Assembly (NCBI RefSeq): GCF_006345805.1
Contig: NC_043010.1
Location: forward strand, 18,538,001 to 18,602,000
DNA from: Octopus sinensis
Taxonomy: Eukaryota
Direction: 5' to 3'
DNA length: 64,000 bases
The position numbers and the translations under genes were made by a program. The notes beneath the pieces were generated by a model. The model was given only the letters and a program-made list of their open reading frames with translations, did no database searches and had not been told where the DNA came from. Below, in pieces: positions 25,293 to 38,907 of the stretch. Numbering within the stretch: the first letter of the stretch is position 1; every line of letters begins with the position of its first letter.

Positions 25293-27389
25293 GTGTGTGT
25301 ATATATATATATATATTTTTTTTTTTTAAGTTTCAGCTCGGAGCTGCGGCCATATATATATATATATATTATATATACGTCTTTGTATGAGTGTGTGCAT
25401 GTGTGTTTGTGTGAGGATATGCACATAGATGTATGTATATGTGTGTGTAATATTTCAGATGGAATCATCAACATTGTCGTCGTCATCATCATCATCATCA
25501 TTTCAAGCATGAAAACTAAATACCAGAGTGATAGAAAGTTAAAACAACAAAGTGAATAAGAGATAGAGTGAGAGCTTCAACAAGGTTGTCAACAGTTGGT
25601 GAATCAATTGTGTTTTGCTATCAACAGATAAGGGAATCCTCTACAGTGTATCACTGTTAATTCTTTAATCTTTAGCTCAGATAGGAGGAAGGAATCAGAG
25701 TAGAAAGAGGGGAGGGTGAGAGATAGGGTGGAAGAGAGAGAAGGGGGAGAGAGAAAGGGAAAGATAGAGGAAGGGAGAGATTGAGATGTCACAGTGACAT
25801 GCATTCACAGATACACACAGTTACATGCTTATGTGCATACATACACACATACATACAAACATACATACCTACACATACATACATACACACGTACATACAT
25901 ACATACATACACATACGTACATTCATACATACATACATACATACACATATGTACATTCATACATACATACACACATACATACATACATACATACATTCAT
26001 ACATACATACATACATACACACACACACATACATACATACATACATACATACATACATACATACATACATACATACATACATTTGGAAAGCAGAAGCAGC
26101 CCAATGTACTGATTCCATGATTTATTTATTTTCATCAACCATAAAGAGTAAGAATGGTTCTAGGTTTCCAACAGCCTGGTCCCTGGTTCACTTCTGATGG
26201 TCTCAGTAACAAACAATCACCTGTCTGTGTAACTAGGACTAAATGAATACCAGAAGGTATTTTTGTGCATGTAATGAGGACAACCTTGTCCACAGTTCAT
26301 CTCCCAAATTCCACTCACAATTATTGATTAGTTGAGGTTAGGGCAAAAATACAATTGGGGGAGAGGTTGTGAACATGGAGGTGGTCCACAACATCAAGGC
26401 TATCCCAGAGCTGTACATCATTGGTGGGAGTAGAGAGGATGTTATTCAGACATGTGTTGTGATAGTAAAGATCACTTGGTAGAGGCACATGGCCTAGTGG
26501 TTAGAGCAGCGGACTCGCGGTCGAGGGATTGCAGGTTCGAATCTCAGACCGGGTGGTGTATGTGTTTATGAGTGAAAACACCTAAGCTCCACACAGCTCC
26601 GGCAGAAGGTAATGGCAAACTTCTGCTGACTCTTTCACCACATCTTTCTCTCACTCTTTCCTCCTGCATCTTGCAGCTCACCTGCAACGGACCGGCATCC
26701 CGTCCAGGTGGGGAACCTATACACCAAGGAAACCGGGAAACCAGCCCCTATGAGCTTGGCATGGCTTGAGAAGGAACAAACAAAGATCACTTGAGAGTTG
26801 TCTGCTCAGATGATGAGGGCAGCGGGGCCCTGAAATGAAAACTGTAGCTTGTTTCAGCTGTGGGAGTAACCAATGGGAAAACAGAAGTGAATGAAATTCT
26901 CTTATTGTTGGTGCCACTGGCACGAGAGTCCAGTGAAATAGGGCACTTGGAAAGTGAGGGATTTACTCATGCAGAACAATGATGGCTAAAGTTTTCAAGT
27001 AGCATTTCGATCATCTTGCAGTGATGGTGAGTAAATGAAACTTGGAAAAAGATGAAGAAACCACTGGGAACAGCAGAAAGAAAGAAGAATGAACCTAGAT
27101 TAAAGGCAAGGGGCTGCAAGACCCTTGCAAAGAGATGACCACCACCCCACTGATCTATCTGTACTTTACATTATTTCAAAGAGATAGCTATAGACTACTT
27201 GATGTGATATGGGGCCTAAAAGAGGATAAAACATTTACTGTTTTATCAAAGAAGGGCTTGGAGTCCAACTAAAAGCTGCCCTCTGAGGGGTAAATCATTG
27301 TTAAAGATCACATTAGGGAGTCTGTCTACAACTAAAGTGTCACTGCCCAGAGGATCTGAGATTCTTCATATTTTGCTAACTTCAGATAT

Positions 27390-27675
27390 GAAGGTGTGTG
27401 GCTTAGCGGTTGGCTGACAATCGCAAGGTCGTGGGTTCAATTCCTGGTGGGACATTTTATCCTTGAGCAAGACACGTTATTTCATGTTGCTCCACTCCAC
27501 TCAGCTGGCAAAAGTGAGTTGTACCAGTAATTAAAAGGGGCCAGTCTTATCACATTTAATGTCACGCTGAATCTCCCTGTGAACTATTTTAAGAGTACAC
27601 ATGTCTATGGAGCACTCAGCCACTTGCACATTAACTTCATGAGACGGTTGTTCCATTGATCAGGTCAACTGGTGC
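27390..27675 (+). mobile_element. tRNA-SINE, third family (related at 12725-13095 minus; related head at 61500-61845 minus)
   Basis: Head followed by TCCTTGAGCAAGACAC and shared body. Confidence 0.65.
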
Positions 27676-28175
27676 ACAGTAAATAATTTCAGAGATTCCA
27701 TTTTCTAAAGATCAAAGTAGAAAGTGACCAGAGACATGAGTTCCCCTGCTCCAATCTTGGAACTGACTTCTCACCCCTCTGGTAATGGATTCTTCTTACT
27801 TCTTAATTTTTTTTCTTCATAAATGTTCAACTTGTTTCTGTAGATGGTTTTTACCCCACCCCTTACATCTATGTACATCCCCACGTGTTTTGTGATGCTT
27901 TCGTATAAGATGGTTTTTATATTTATTTCTTTATTGCCCAAAGGGGACTAAACACAGAGGGGAGAAACAAGGACAGACAAAGAGATTAAATCGATTACAT
28001 CGACCACAGTACATAACTGGTACTATCAGTTCTGAGTTCAAATTCTGCCAAGGTCAACTTCACCATTCATCCTTTCAGGGTCAATAAAACAAATACCAGT
28101 TGAGTACTGGGGTTGATGTACAGGACTTATCTCTATCCCCCAAAAATTTCAGGCCTTGTGTCTATAGTGGAAAGG

Positions 28176-28238
<63 letters not shown>

Positions 28239-28243
28239 TGCAG

Positions 28244-28266
28244 ATTTCCTGATGAACTTATTGACG
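28244..28266 (+). CDS. DNAAF9: DNAAF9 exon 4, 23-nt microexon (RFPDELID)
   Basis: ttgcag| ... ACG|gtaaat; needed to restore phase between exons 3 and 5; resembles GFSEEVLD. Confidence 0.8.
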
Positions 28267-29370
28267 GTAAATAACTATCTTACATTTTATCTTATATTTT
28301 TTTATAATTTTGTTTGTTTGTTTTTCCTTTTTCCTTTTTAATCCAATATTTTCTGAATTTTGGCTGGGTTTGACAGGTCTTGGAAGTTTAGCTTATGTTG
28401 AAGTACTTTATAGCCAATCTATCCATCCAACTACATTTTCTAGTCTGGACAATCCAGCCATGACATCCCTGAAGACTTCTTTCAGAGTAACTCAGTGACC
28501 CCAATATACACACATGCCTTCCCTTCCGATCACAGATACAGTTGTAAACATAAACTCTAGGGTTTTATAGGAAGAAGATAAACGTGATGTTGTGACGTTC
28601 ATTACAAACAGTAAACTTTATTTGTCTTCTGGTCCTTAGGTTTATTCAATGGAGCCCAGCCCGAACAAGGCATTCCTGCGCAATGTCCAGTTTGAAGACA
28701 AATTGATGCCTCCTCACTCACTACTGAGGTAAACCATGGGCCGTGGATGTCTGCTTCCCTTTAATCTGGTTTCGGATTACTCTTTTAAATGTAATCCTTA
28801 TTTATTCAGATTGTTTTGAATTAATAATCCTGTTGTGAGAGGACGGATCTGATTGGTTTGAACAGCAAATAGATTGATTATTTGAGTTTGTATGTGGCTG
28901 GTGTAAATGCTGAAAGGGTTAGCAGATAGAATTAGTCCCAGGCATACCACAATAAGGGGTTGTGATGTTGCATAGTATCCAATACCATGATACTGTCATA
29001 GTCTAAGCCACAACAAAATGGAAAGTACCTGATGCGGCAGCGGAAGTGGGGGGCAGTGATGGTGATAGTGGTGGTGGTGGTGGTGGTGGTTCTCATTTGT
29101 AAGAACAGAAGTGATAGTTGTCATGGTAACGATGGTGATGATGCTGGTATGAGTTGTGGTGATGGTGGTCATCAATGGCATCAGCATCATCCATCGTCGC
29201 CATCGTCGTCATCATCAAGAAATAATTTCCCATTATCTTATCGTCATCACTATCACTGTTTCACTTGCGATGACATTTGCCTCAGCCATAAAATAAACTA
29301 TTTCTGCTCCCTTTTCCTTTTGCTATAAATCTCGTGACACATCATAAAATCTTTTGAATTCTCTCCGCAG

Positions 29371-29495
29371 ATGTTATCCTCCTGATAAAGCGTAACTGTG
29401 TCCACATCTACTGCAACCCATTCAACTGTGACATTATTCTACCCTATGCCAACAGCTGGCATAATCTCTGTCTCCATTGTCTGGATTCTGACCAG
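29371..29495 (+). CDS. DNAAF9: DNAAF9 exon 5 (DVILLIKRNCVHIYCNPFNCDIILPYANSWHNLCLHCLDSDQ)
   Basis: ccgcag| ... CAG|gttagt; strong motif match. Confidence 0.93.
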
Positions 29496-30000
29496 GTTAG
29501 TTCACACTCTCTCAAAACAAAATGATCTGGTTTTGTTTAACCTCTAATAATAAATCTCTGAACGAGATTGTCATGCACTGACGACAGGTAAATACCCAGA
29601 AACCTGGGTCCGTACGTATCACGTCAGGTCGACGATGGGAAGGATGGCTTCCATTTACAAATACTGATAGGGCACAGAAAGTGCGCCAATAGCCAGCTGG
29701 AGAAGATGTTCTCCTGGGGCTACAAGCTACAATAGCATCCACCCTTAGTGGTTAGCCACATTTAAGTGGCAAATATACTTCACATTGTTCAACCTCTGTT
29801 TTTGTTTTAAATTCAAAAAAGAAGAGTCTGTATAATTTTTGACTTAGCTTTGTACATAAAAATTTGACCAGTTAAATTTCAAAGGATATTAAGTAAAGAC
29901 CCTGAAGAAACTGCACCAGTACTATGGTAGGGCTGCAATTGCAATGGTTACGAATAGATGCAGTAAAACATGTGTAGGTCTATGTAAAGCTGTATATTAT

Positions 30001-30035
<35 letters not shown>

Positions 30036-30127
30036 TGTATGTATGTAGTATGTATGTATGTATGTATGTAGGTATATTGTATATATATACATATATATAT
30101 ATGTATGTATGTATATATGTGTATATA

Positions 30128-30168
<41 letters not shown>

Positions 30169-30724
30169 ATACATATATATATATTTATATATATATGTAT
30201 ATATATATATATTTATATACATATATATATATATGTATATATATATGTAAATATATATACATATACATATATACATATATATATATAATGAATAAATAAA
30301 ATATATGCATATATACATACATATATGTACATACTTACATCTACATGTATATATACATGCATATATATATATATGAGTACAGGACACCACAAATAAACGT
30401 AGAACACAACGAGAGACAAAAACATAAAATCAAACAAGGAAACGGAAAACAGGACGTAAAAGCAATACAAATGAAGAAAAAACAATACAAATGAAGAAAA
30501 ACAGTACAAATAAAGAAACAGGACAGGGAACCAACAATAAGGGCTTTTTTTTGCCTAGACGCTGGAAAAATTAGTTAGAACGCATGTGAAAAATCAGCTT
30601 ACGAAGGACAGAAGTCGATCTATACTTGTTGAAGCACAAAGCTGAAAGAAAGTTTTAGTAGCCCTCTGGTCAGGAGGAGGAGGAGAGAGAGAGAGAGAGG
30701 GGAAAGGTAATGCTAATGCTACTT

Positions 30725-30756
<32 letters not shown>

Positions 30757-30833
30757 ATATACACACACACATGTATGTGTGTAGGCATATATAAATATAT
30801 ACACACACACACACACACAGACGCACACACACA

Positions 30834-30870
<37 letters not shown>

Positions 30871-30885
30871 ACATATATATATGTA

Positions 30886-32157
30886 TGAGGGGTGTTCATT
30901 AAAGATTTCCCCTGACCCACTTCCAATTATTGCAGGAAATGTAACTTGTACATGTGTAATTATACATGTCCCTACATGCCACATTGTAAATTGCAGCTCT
31001 CTACCAGTATTTGTTTGACTTTTACGGCTCCTAAAGTGGACTAAGGTGTTATAATGGAGGCAGTTGAATGCAGCTCAGTGATCCGGTTGTTATACTTGAA
31101 AAGTCATACACCGAAAGAGACTTTCAATGAGATGAAAGAAGTTTATGGGGACGATGCACCATCATATGATGTAGTCCAGCACTGGCATCACCAGTTCAAA
31201 TGTGGTCGGGCATCAGTGGAAACTGCTCCTATTCCTGGATGACTACATTCTGCCATTGATGACGATGTCATCCATAAAGTGGAAGCCACCGTTTTCAAGG
31301 ATCGCCACATAACTATTTGGCAACTATCCCAAGGAGTGAAGATAAGTGTAGGGTCCATGGAAAAAAATAATTCACAACCATTTGCACATGTGGAAGTTGT
31401 CTTCACGATGGATTCCCCAGGTGCTCACACCTTTTCAGAAGCAGGAACAAGTCAATTGTTCCAAGGCTCCTTTGGCAATGTGCCAAGAAAATAAGGACTT
31501 TTTCGGCAGACTTATCACACAGGATTAAACATGGGTCCACCACTATGATCTTGAGACTAAAGTTCAGTCAAAGCAATGGAAGCATGATAATTCACCACCT
31601 CCAAAGAAGGTTTATGTCCAACCCTCAGCAGGCAAGATGATGCTCACAGTTTTTTGGGACCAGTGTGGAGTAGCAATGATGGATTTTCTGGCAAAGGGCA
31701 CCACAATTAACAGGGCATATTATGCTTCTCTGCTGCAGAAATTGCAGAATGCCATCAAAGCAGAGAGGTTTGACATGCTGACCAAAAGAATATGCCTCCT
31801 CCAAGACAATGCCCCAATTCACAATGCACATGTCTTCTAGATGAAAGCACATTTCTTCAGCTATGAAATCCTTCCTCATTCCCCTTACTCTCCTCATCTC
31901 ACACCATCTGACTTCCACTTCTTTCCAACTTTGAAGTCTTTTCTGAAGGAGAAGAACTTTTTAGATGATGATAAACTTATTTCCAACGCAAACCTACCGA
32001 CCTCGACAGATGAAGTCTTCAAAGCTGCATAAAGTGATGGGAGAAATGTATCACCACTGGTGGTGGCTATGTAGGGAAAGACTAATAATTATGCTAAGTT
32101 TCGTTTATTCCAGTCCTTGAGAAGTGGGCCAGGGGAATCTTTAATGAACACCCCTCA
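30886..32157 (+). mobile_element. Full-length degenerate mariner (DD34D)
   Basis: ~37-bp TIRs TGAGGGGTGTTCATTAAAGATT, left TA, ~1.27 kb; transposase fragments with HTH, TWVHHYD, QDNAPIH, HSPYSPHLTPSDF. Confidence 0.92.
31054..32086 (+). pseudogene. Mariner transposase pseudogene
   Basis: Four ORF-track fragments separated by stops and frameshifts. Confidence 0.9.
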
Positions 32158-32159
32158 GA

Positions 32160-32191
<32 letters not shown>

Positions 32192-32429
32192 CACAAGTGT
32201 TTGCTGAAAAGTTCCTGGCTTTGGGTAAAAGAAAATACAGGAGGATTATGATTTTATTCATCACATTCCCCTCTCAGATTCACATACTTATTGCATTGGT
32301 CCTTTGGTTTTTGCAAGCCCTGTAAAAGAACTCAGACGGTTGGGTCCCCCAACCAGGCATTTCACAATACCCTTAAACCCAGGAACTTTTCAGCACCCCC
32401 CTTATATATACATATATATATATTTATAT

Positions 32430-32506
<77 letters not shown>

Positions 32507-32575
32507 CAACTCACAAATTAGAAAATGGAGAAACATACTTAAATCAATCAAACATCAACCATCAGATGATACCCA

Positions 32576-32626
<51 letters not shown>

Positions 32627-32953
32627 AGTAATTTTTATTGACTTTTATAGGTTTATAATTTTATGAACTGAACTGTGTTTTTTTTATTATTTTTTATGTA
32701 TATGTCTGATTTAAATTTAAATGTGAGTGTGCAAATATTTTCCTGTAGGTTAGTTTGGGAATTAGAAGCCCAATATGTAGAATAACTGTGTTTGTTAATA
32801 TATATTGACATATTTTGTTTTGTTTATTTTGTATTATTGTATTAATGAGTATATATATATATGTGTAGTATTATGAGTGTCTATGCACACGTTTTTATAT
32901 TTTTATATTTATATGTATAAAAAAAATTTTTTCACACTTATAATAAATTAAAT

Positions 32954-33064
32954 TCTCTGAAGAGGCTGTGGGACATCCTTGTTAATGTCTCATTTATACC
33001 TGCCTTATATGGCTTATAGGTTAAATGAGGCATACTTGTCCTTACTGCCGAAACAGCTGTCAGA
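32954..33064 (+). ncRNA. Penelope-type hammerhead ribozyme motif with intact core
   Basis: tct-CTGAAGA-ggc...gcc-GAAA-cagctg-TC-aga. Confidence 0.6.
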
Positions 33065-33422
33065 TATGATATAATTATATATTATATTTTATATTTTATA
33101 TTTCTATTTCCTTGTCTAATTATATTTACAATATATTTTGTATAATGCCTTTGCTGTTATGTAATGGTGTAATAAAGTATTGATTGGGTATCATCTGATG
33201 GTTGATGTTTGATTGATTTAAGTATGTTTCTCTATTTTCTAATTTTGTAGTATTAATTTACGGTAATATTTTTACCTTTGCCCACATAATACAGTAGATG
33301 AATTAATTGCATGGCAATTTTTAAGATCTATGTATTAGTCTTGTTGGGTACCTCTCTAGCAGTATATTGGATATATGTTATCCCATGGTGGGTTGAATTT
33401 TCAACCCCTATCTCATTTTATA

Positions 33423-33472
<50 letters not shown>

Positions 33473-33556
33473 GCATCATCATCATTGTAATATAGATATT
33501 ATTCCTGGAACCCTGTTCCATTAATGACCCCCTGTACATCCATCATCTAATTCCAG

Positions 33557-33653
33557 TTCCAAGACACAGACAAAGCTGAAGACTTCAAGATAAACAGTTT
33601 CATTGCAATGGTCACTGGCTGCCGATGTATTGGTGTGTGTTACAGTGCTACAG
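33557..33653 (+). CDS. DNAAF9: DNAAF9 exon 6 (FQDTDKAEDFKINSFIAMVTGCRCIGVCYSAT)
   Basis: ttccag| ... CAG|gtaagg; matches AEEFKITSFVDMV. Confidence 0.92.
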
Positions 33654-34124
33654 GTAAGGTGGTAGTGTATGTTAGAGTGGTAGTGCAGTGGTATGTATAG
33701 TGGTGTGCACAAGATGGCAGCGACGGCAGTGGTGGTGGTGGTGGTGGTGGTGGTGGTGGTGGTATTTGTAGTTATGCTGTTGTTGCTGTTGTTGTTGTCG
33801 TCCCAGGCAGTACAGAAATGTGATACACAGATTGCTGACCAAACGAGGTCAAAAGGTCACTTCATACAGCATCCTTTGTTGGTCCAAGGTCATTGAAATG
33901 GTTACTGTTATCTTCATCCATCAGACCTCCCTTTTTATGGTGCCAAGGGATGACTTAAGGGAGATTTGGTTACTATATCTAGCTAATTGAGTGACCACAT
34001 GAGGGCTCTATCTGCTCAGATTACTGTGTGATAATCAGGTTAACACAGAAGAGCACACAATAAATATGATTTACCACGTAATATATCCCAGGATTAGGAT
34101 TAACGTAATAACATTCTCCCTTAA

Positions 34125-34346
34125 CCCTTTGGCATTCAGATTATTCTGTCAAATACACAGCTTATCTATTCCTATTGTCTTGAATTAATCATGGATTATC
34201 TCGTAGCTTTGGGATTTCAAAGATGTGATTGTTTATTATTTAGATGACATTGTCAGGTAGGTGTGAGAGGCCAGATCTGGCCAGTTTGAAAGTAAAATCG
34301 ATAAAATATTTTTGTGTCGGATTTGGTCTGTTTAAATGCTAAAGGG
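34125..34346. mobile_element. piggyBac-like MITE
   Basis: TTAA|CCCTTT...AAAGGG|TTAA; related partial copy ending near 28920. Confidence 0.7.
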
Positions 34347-34388
34347 TTAAACTTGTGATTCTGTCAAACTTCCATTCTGTATTTGCAG

Positions 34389-34467
34389 AAGAACCTGAGA
34401 CTTTCCATTTTATGGACATCGAGAAGTGGCCTCTTGTACAGGCATTTGCAAATGAAAGTTACCAGAG
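34389..34467 (+). CDS. DNAAF9: DNAAF9 exon 7 ([26 protein letters not shown])
   Basis: ttgcag| ... GAG|gtcagt; EKWPxVQAFA motif. Confidence 0.9.
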
Positions 34468-34752
34468 GTCAGTGTCCACACTGAAATACAGCTGTATACA
34501 TACAAACACTCACATACACACACACACATACACACAAACACACACACACACACACATACAGAAACACACACAAACACACACACAGAGAAACACATACACA
34601 CATACAAATGCACACACACATACACACACACGCAAACACATACACACACACGCAAACACACACATACACACACATACATACACACACACATGTATAAATT
34701 ATTTAAATGTCTTTATTTTTATTAATTTTATGCTTTTGTTTGTTTATTGCAG

Positions 34753-34780
34753 TCAAGGTTTCTTCACCATGCTGTATCAA
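34753..34780 (+). CDS. DNAAF9: DNAAF9 exon 8, 28 nt (SQGFFTMLYQ)
   Basis: ttgcag| ... CAA|gtaagt; GFFTM motif. Confidence 0.88.
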
Positions 34781-34999
34781 GTAAGTATAAAGAGGAAGAT
34801 GTTGCTGTTGTTGTTGTTTCATCACCATCATCAGCAGCTGCAGCATTCATTATCCAGTTTCCATACTGGAATGAGCTGGATGGTTTGACAGAATCTGATG
34901 TGTTGGAGGACTGCATCATACTCCAATGTCTTCTTTGGCATGTAGGTCCTGCATAGGAGAAGTGGGGATCAAAGGAAAGAGGTGTGCAGTCCTTAAATA

Positions 35000-35800
35000 G
35001 GAGGGGGAGAAAATGTAAGTTGGGAAAAGTGAGATGGTGAATTCAGACCAAAAGGCAAGTATGTTTGGAGAGAGAAGATGAGCTCCTATTCACTTTGAAG
35101 ACAAGTGATGGAGAATGTGGTGTTAGAGGACAAGAAAAAGACCAAGTGATGTTGGGTGAAATGGTCAGTAAAGTGGAAATGCCAAGAAACAGGTGATCTG
35201 TTGCCAAGTTGGATGTCTCAAAGTGCTTTGCATACCTTCCAGATAGTTGCCAGCTGGTTTTCTCAATGTAGATCAAATTATAGAGGGAATATTGTGGCAC
35301 ATATATTATGTTGTGAAAGAGTCCTAGTTTGGATAGTATGGTGGTTGGATGCATTGAGAAGGGTGTTGTTAGAAAGGAAAGGGAAAATGTAGCAGCAGGA
35401 CAGGATCAGAGAAGGGATCCAGAAGGGAGTAGAGAATGGTGGCCTGGAGGGAAGGAGAAGCTGTGAACAAGGGGCATGCACAGATTGTAAGTGCACTTAA
35501 AGGAAGAAGCAAGAGGTGGCAGGGTCAGATTGCAGGCAGTAGGAGAGATAGAGAATTGTGTTATAAGGGTAGGGTGGTTGGTGAGGAGAAAAGGAAATGC
35601 AGGGATTTGGGTTCCAGATGCCAGTTGTAAGGGCTGAGGGGCAACCAATGGCACAGACACAGGAAAGGACATCTTGGAGAAGGGTGGATCCATGACTGGT
35701 GCAAATGAATTGGTCTTGTGAGTCTGGGTATATGAAGAGGTGATATCCATACACACACATATACTTTTGGAAGTGGAGAGAGTCCTTTGATGGACCATTT
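35000..35800 (-). mobile_element. Degenerate Penelope-like GIY-YIG fragment
   Basis: HNIIYV...LIYIEKT...RYAKH resembles NVIY-C..C-YIG.T-RF.EH. Confidence 0.55.
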
Positions 35801-36208
35801 CATGGTTTGTTACTCAGCTTCCTTCCCCAATCAATATCATATAATATTTATCTCTTGTGTAAAGCAATCATAAGTTAAGACATCACTATAACGGCTAGCT
35901 CAATTTGCATAATTGCGCTTTTTTGATGGCTCATCATTAATTAGATAATATATATTTTATGTAGTGTGGGTGTAGGGAGGGAGAGAGAGGAAAACAGAAA
36001 TGGGATATGACATATGCACCACATATGGGATTTTGTGTGTGTGTGTGTGTGTGTAGGTATAAATACACACACACATGTAGAGTTTTGGGTTTCACCAGCC
36101 TCCTTTTATTTGTAGGTTTTCCTGTAACGATTAATTTAAAAGTAAAATCAAAGACATTTGCTATGAAAATCTTTCTTTTTGTTTGTTTTTTTTTGTGTCT
36201 TTTTACAG

Positions 36209-36286
36209 GTGAAGGACATCAGTGAGATGGTCCAGCCTCTCTTCTGTGTCATCGACTGGACATACCTGGAGAATATCATTACAAAG
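36209..36286 (+). CDS. DNAAF9: DNAAF9 exon 9 (VKDISEMVQPLFCVIDWTYLENIITK)
   Basis: ttttacag| ... AAG|gtgagt; phase 0/0. Confidence 0.88.
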
Positions 36287-36622
36287 GTGAGTAGGGGCTG
36301 CAGTTAGGGTCCCTCAGTGGAGGACAGGGAAGAAGTCACATCAAGGACAGTGTGATTCAGTGATATGACCCCTAGGGATGGGGGTCACAACAATCCGTTG
36401 TCCTTTTGTGACATGGTCCTTTGTGACAGAGCAGGGTCTGTGGGATTTGGTGGTTATTGTCCATTGGATAGGAGATCCCCTAAAAGCTTGGTGGTGTGGT
36501 TTCATTGAAGGAGGGGTGGTCAAGTAGGGGTCCCACAAACGTTGTTGTTGTTGTTGTTGTTGTTTGGCTCTAATACATTTTATGGAAGAAAACAATAAGA
36601 ATAATTTGCTCTCTTTCTGCAG

Positions 36623-36681
36623 CATCTTCCCAGTTTTGAACATCAATGGAGTGTGATGATACAGTCTACAGCACATGCCAT
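36623..36681 (+). CDS. DNAAF9: DNAAF9 exon 10 (HLPSFEHQWSVMIQSTAHA)
   Basis: ctgcag| ... CAT|gtaagt; FEHQW motif. Confidence 0.9.
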
Positions 36682-37029
36682 GTAAGTTTTTCTGAAATGA
36701 GTCACTCTTAATACAGTTGAGTGAGCCTTCATATTGCTGAGTTGACCTTTAATATGTTGAGTCTTCTTTAAAAGACAGATACACCCTCAAAGGAGACATA
36801 TCGCATTTCAAAATTAGGTTCATCTTTAAAAAGATATTGTTATCTGTATAAGAACTGAGTGGACTCAAATTTTAAGAGTAACTCACGTTAAGAGTAACTC
36901 AGATTTATGAGTAACTCAGGTTTCTGAAGATTGTCTTAATAAATGGAAAAATGACATTGTCTATTTGGTAAAAAAAAATACACATTCCACAGAGAAAATG
37001 TGTGGTTTAAGACAAATATTGTAGTGTAA

Positions 37030-37531
37030 GTACCGAGAGAGAAGTGAGTACAGTAAAAGTACCGAGAGGGAAGTGAGTACAGTAAAAGTACTGAGTGGGA
37101 TGTGAGTACAGTAAAAGTACTGAGTGGGAAGTGAGTACAGTAAAAGTACTGAGTGGGAAGTGAGTACAGTAAAAGTACTGAGTGGGAAGTGAGTACAGTA
37201 AAAGTACTGAGTGGGAAGTGAGTACAGTAAAAGTACTGAGTGGGAAGTGAGTACAGTAAAAATACTGAGTGGGAAGTGAGTACAGTAAAAGTACTGAGTG
37301 GGAAGTGAGCACAGTAAAAATACTGAGTGGGAAGTGAGTACAGTAAAAGTACTGAGTGGGAAGTGAGTACAGTAAAAGTACCGAGTGGGAAGTGAGTACA
37401 GTAAAAGTACTGAGAAGGGATGGAGTACAGTAAAAGTACTAAGAGAGAAGGGAGTACAGTAAAAGTACCGAAAGAGAAGTGAGTACAGTAAAAGTACTGA
37501 GAAGGAATGGAGTACAGTAAAAGTACCGAGA
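37030..37531. repeat. 29-bp minisatellite, about 17 copies
   Basis: Unit GTGAGTACAGTAAAAGTACTGAGTGGGAA. Confidence 0.95.
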
Positions 37532-37789
37532 GGTTCATGACCATATATAAAAATATTTATTATAAATACTCTTTTACTCTCTTTTATTGTTTTCAGTCAT
37601 TTGACTGAGGCCATGCTGTAGCACCACCTTTAGTCGAATAAATCAACCCCAGGACTTATTCTTTGTAAGCCAAGTACTTATTCTATCAGTCTCTTTTTGC
37701 TGAACTGATAAGTTATGGGGTATGTTAAACATACCAACATCAGTTGTCAAGCAATGGTGGGGGGACAAACGCAGACGCAAACAACAAAC

Positions 37790-37832
<43 letters not shown>

Positions 37833-38053
37833 GGAGTAAACACATAAATGTGAAACAAGGTGGGAAAAAGAGTACTCAAATACCAGTGGTAGAGTAGTAT
37901 GCTTTTGTTGAATTTTCTGCTGCTTTAAATAAAGTATATATATACATATACATATACATATATATACATATACATACACATATATACATATACATATATA
38001 TACATATACATACACATATATATATAAATATATATATATACATACATACGTAC

Positions 38054-38094
<41 letters not shown>

Positions 38095-38710
38095 CGAAGA
38101 GCTTCTTTCAGTTTCCACCAATTCCACTCACAAGGCTTTGGTCAGCCCAAGGCTATAGTAGAAGACACTTGCTCAAGGTGCCACACTGTGGGACTGAATT
38201 GAATATATTTAAATCTACTTAAATCAACATTTCAAATTGCCATGAGAGAGAGAGGGGGTGGGGCTGGCATTTACCTGGACTGTTTCTCGTTGGATCCCCA
38301 TCACCTGATAAAACAGCATTTATCATGAATATTATTTACAAGAATTTTGGGAGATTCCTGCTTCAGTTCGGTTTTCACGATTTTACTTTTTTAGACCCAA
38401 TCAATTCTTTTATCTATTACCTTTTTTTCTGTCATTAGACTGTGGCCAAGCTGGGGCAACCACCTTGAAGAATTTTTTGTCAAATGAATCAACTCCCATT
38501 ATTTTTTTAAAGCCTGGTATTTTATTCTATCAGTCCGTTTTGCTGAACCGCTAAGTTATGGGGATGTAAGCACACCAACACCGATCGTCAGCTGTTGATG
38601 GGAGACATACACACACATGCGCGCGCACACTAATCCCCAAAAGAACAATGCTAGGCTGCTCCAGCATAGGCAGACCACAGCTAATACCAACCTATTTTTT
38701 GTTTCGACAG

Positions 38711-38753
38711 ACAGTCTGGTAGAGGGGAGATAACTGAGTCCGGAATCAGAGAA
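38711..38753 (+). CDS. DNAAF9: DNAAF9 exon 11 (IQSGRGEITESGIRE)
   Basis: ttcgacag| ... GAA|gtgagt; phase-compatible, weak similarity to ELSESQAGE. Confidence 0.78.
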
Positions 38754-38907
38754 GTGAGTATCATTTTCACTTATTCAACTATTTCTGGTGCGTGTGTGTG
38801 TGTGTGTATGCGGCGGTGGTGGTGGTGGTGGTGTATTTGACAGTTGACTTTCCTACATCTTGTACCTGTGTCCCTTAACTTGCAGTAATATTGTGTGTCT
38901 CTTGCAG

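Noticed and set aside
37030-37531. Regular 29-bp repeats resembling a CRISPR array, and the 202-aa ORF across them
   Set aside because: No unique spacers, no cas genes, eukaryotic intron; the ORF is just the translated tandem repeat.
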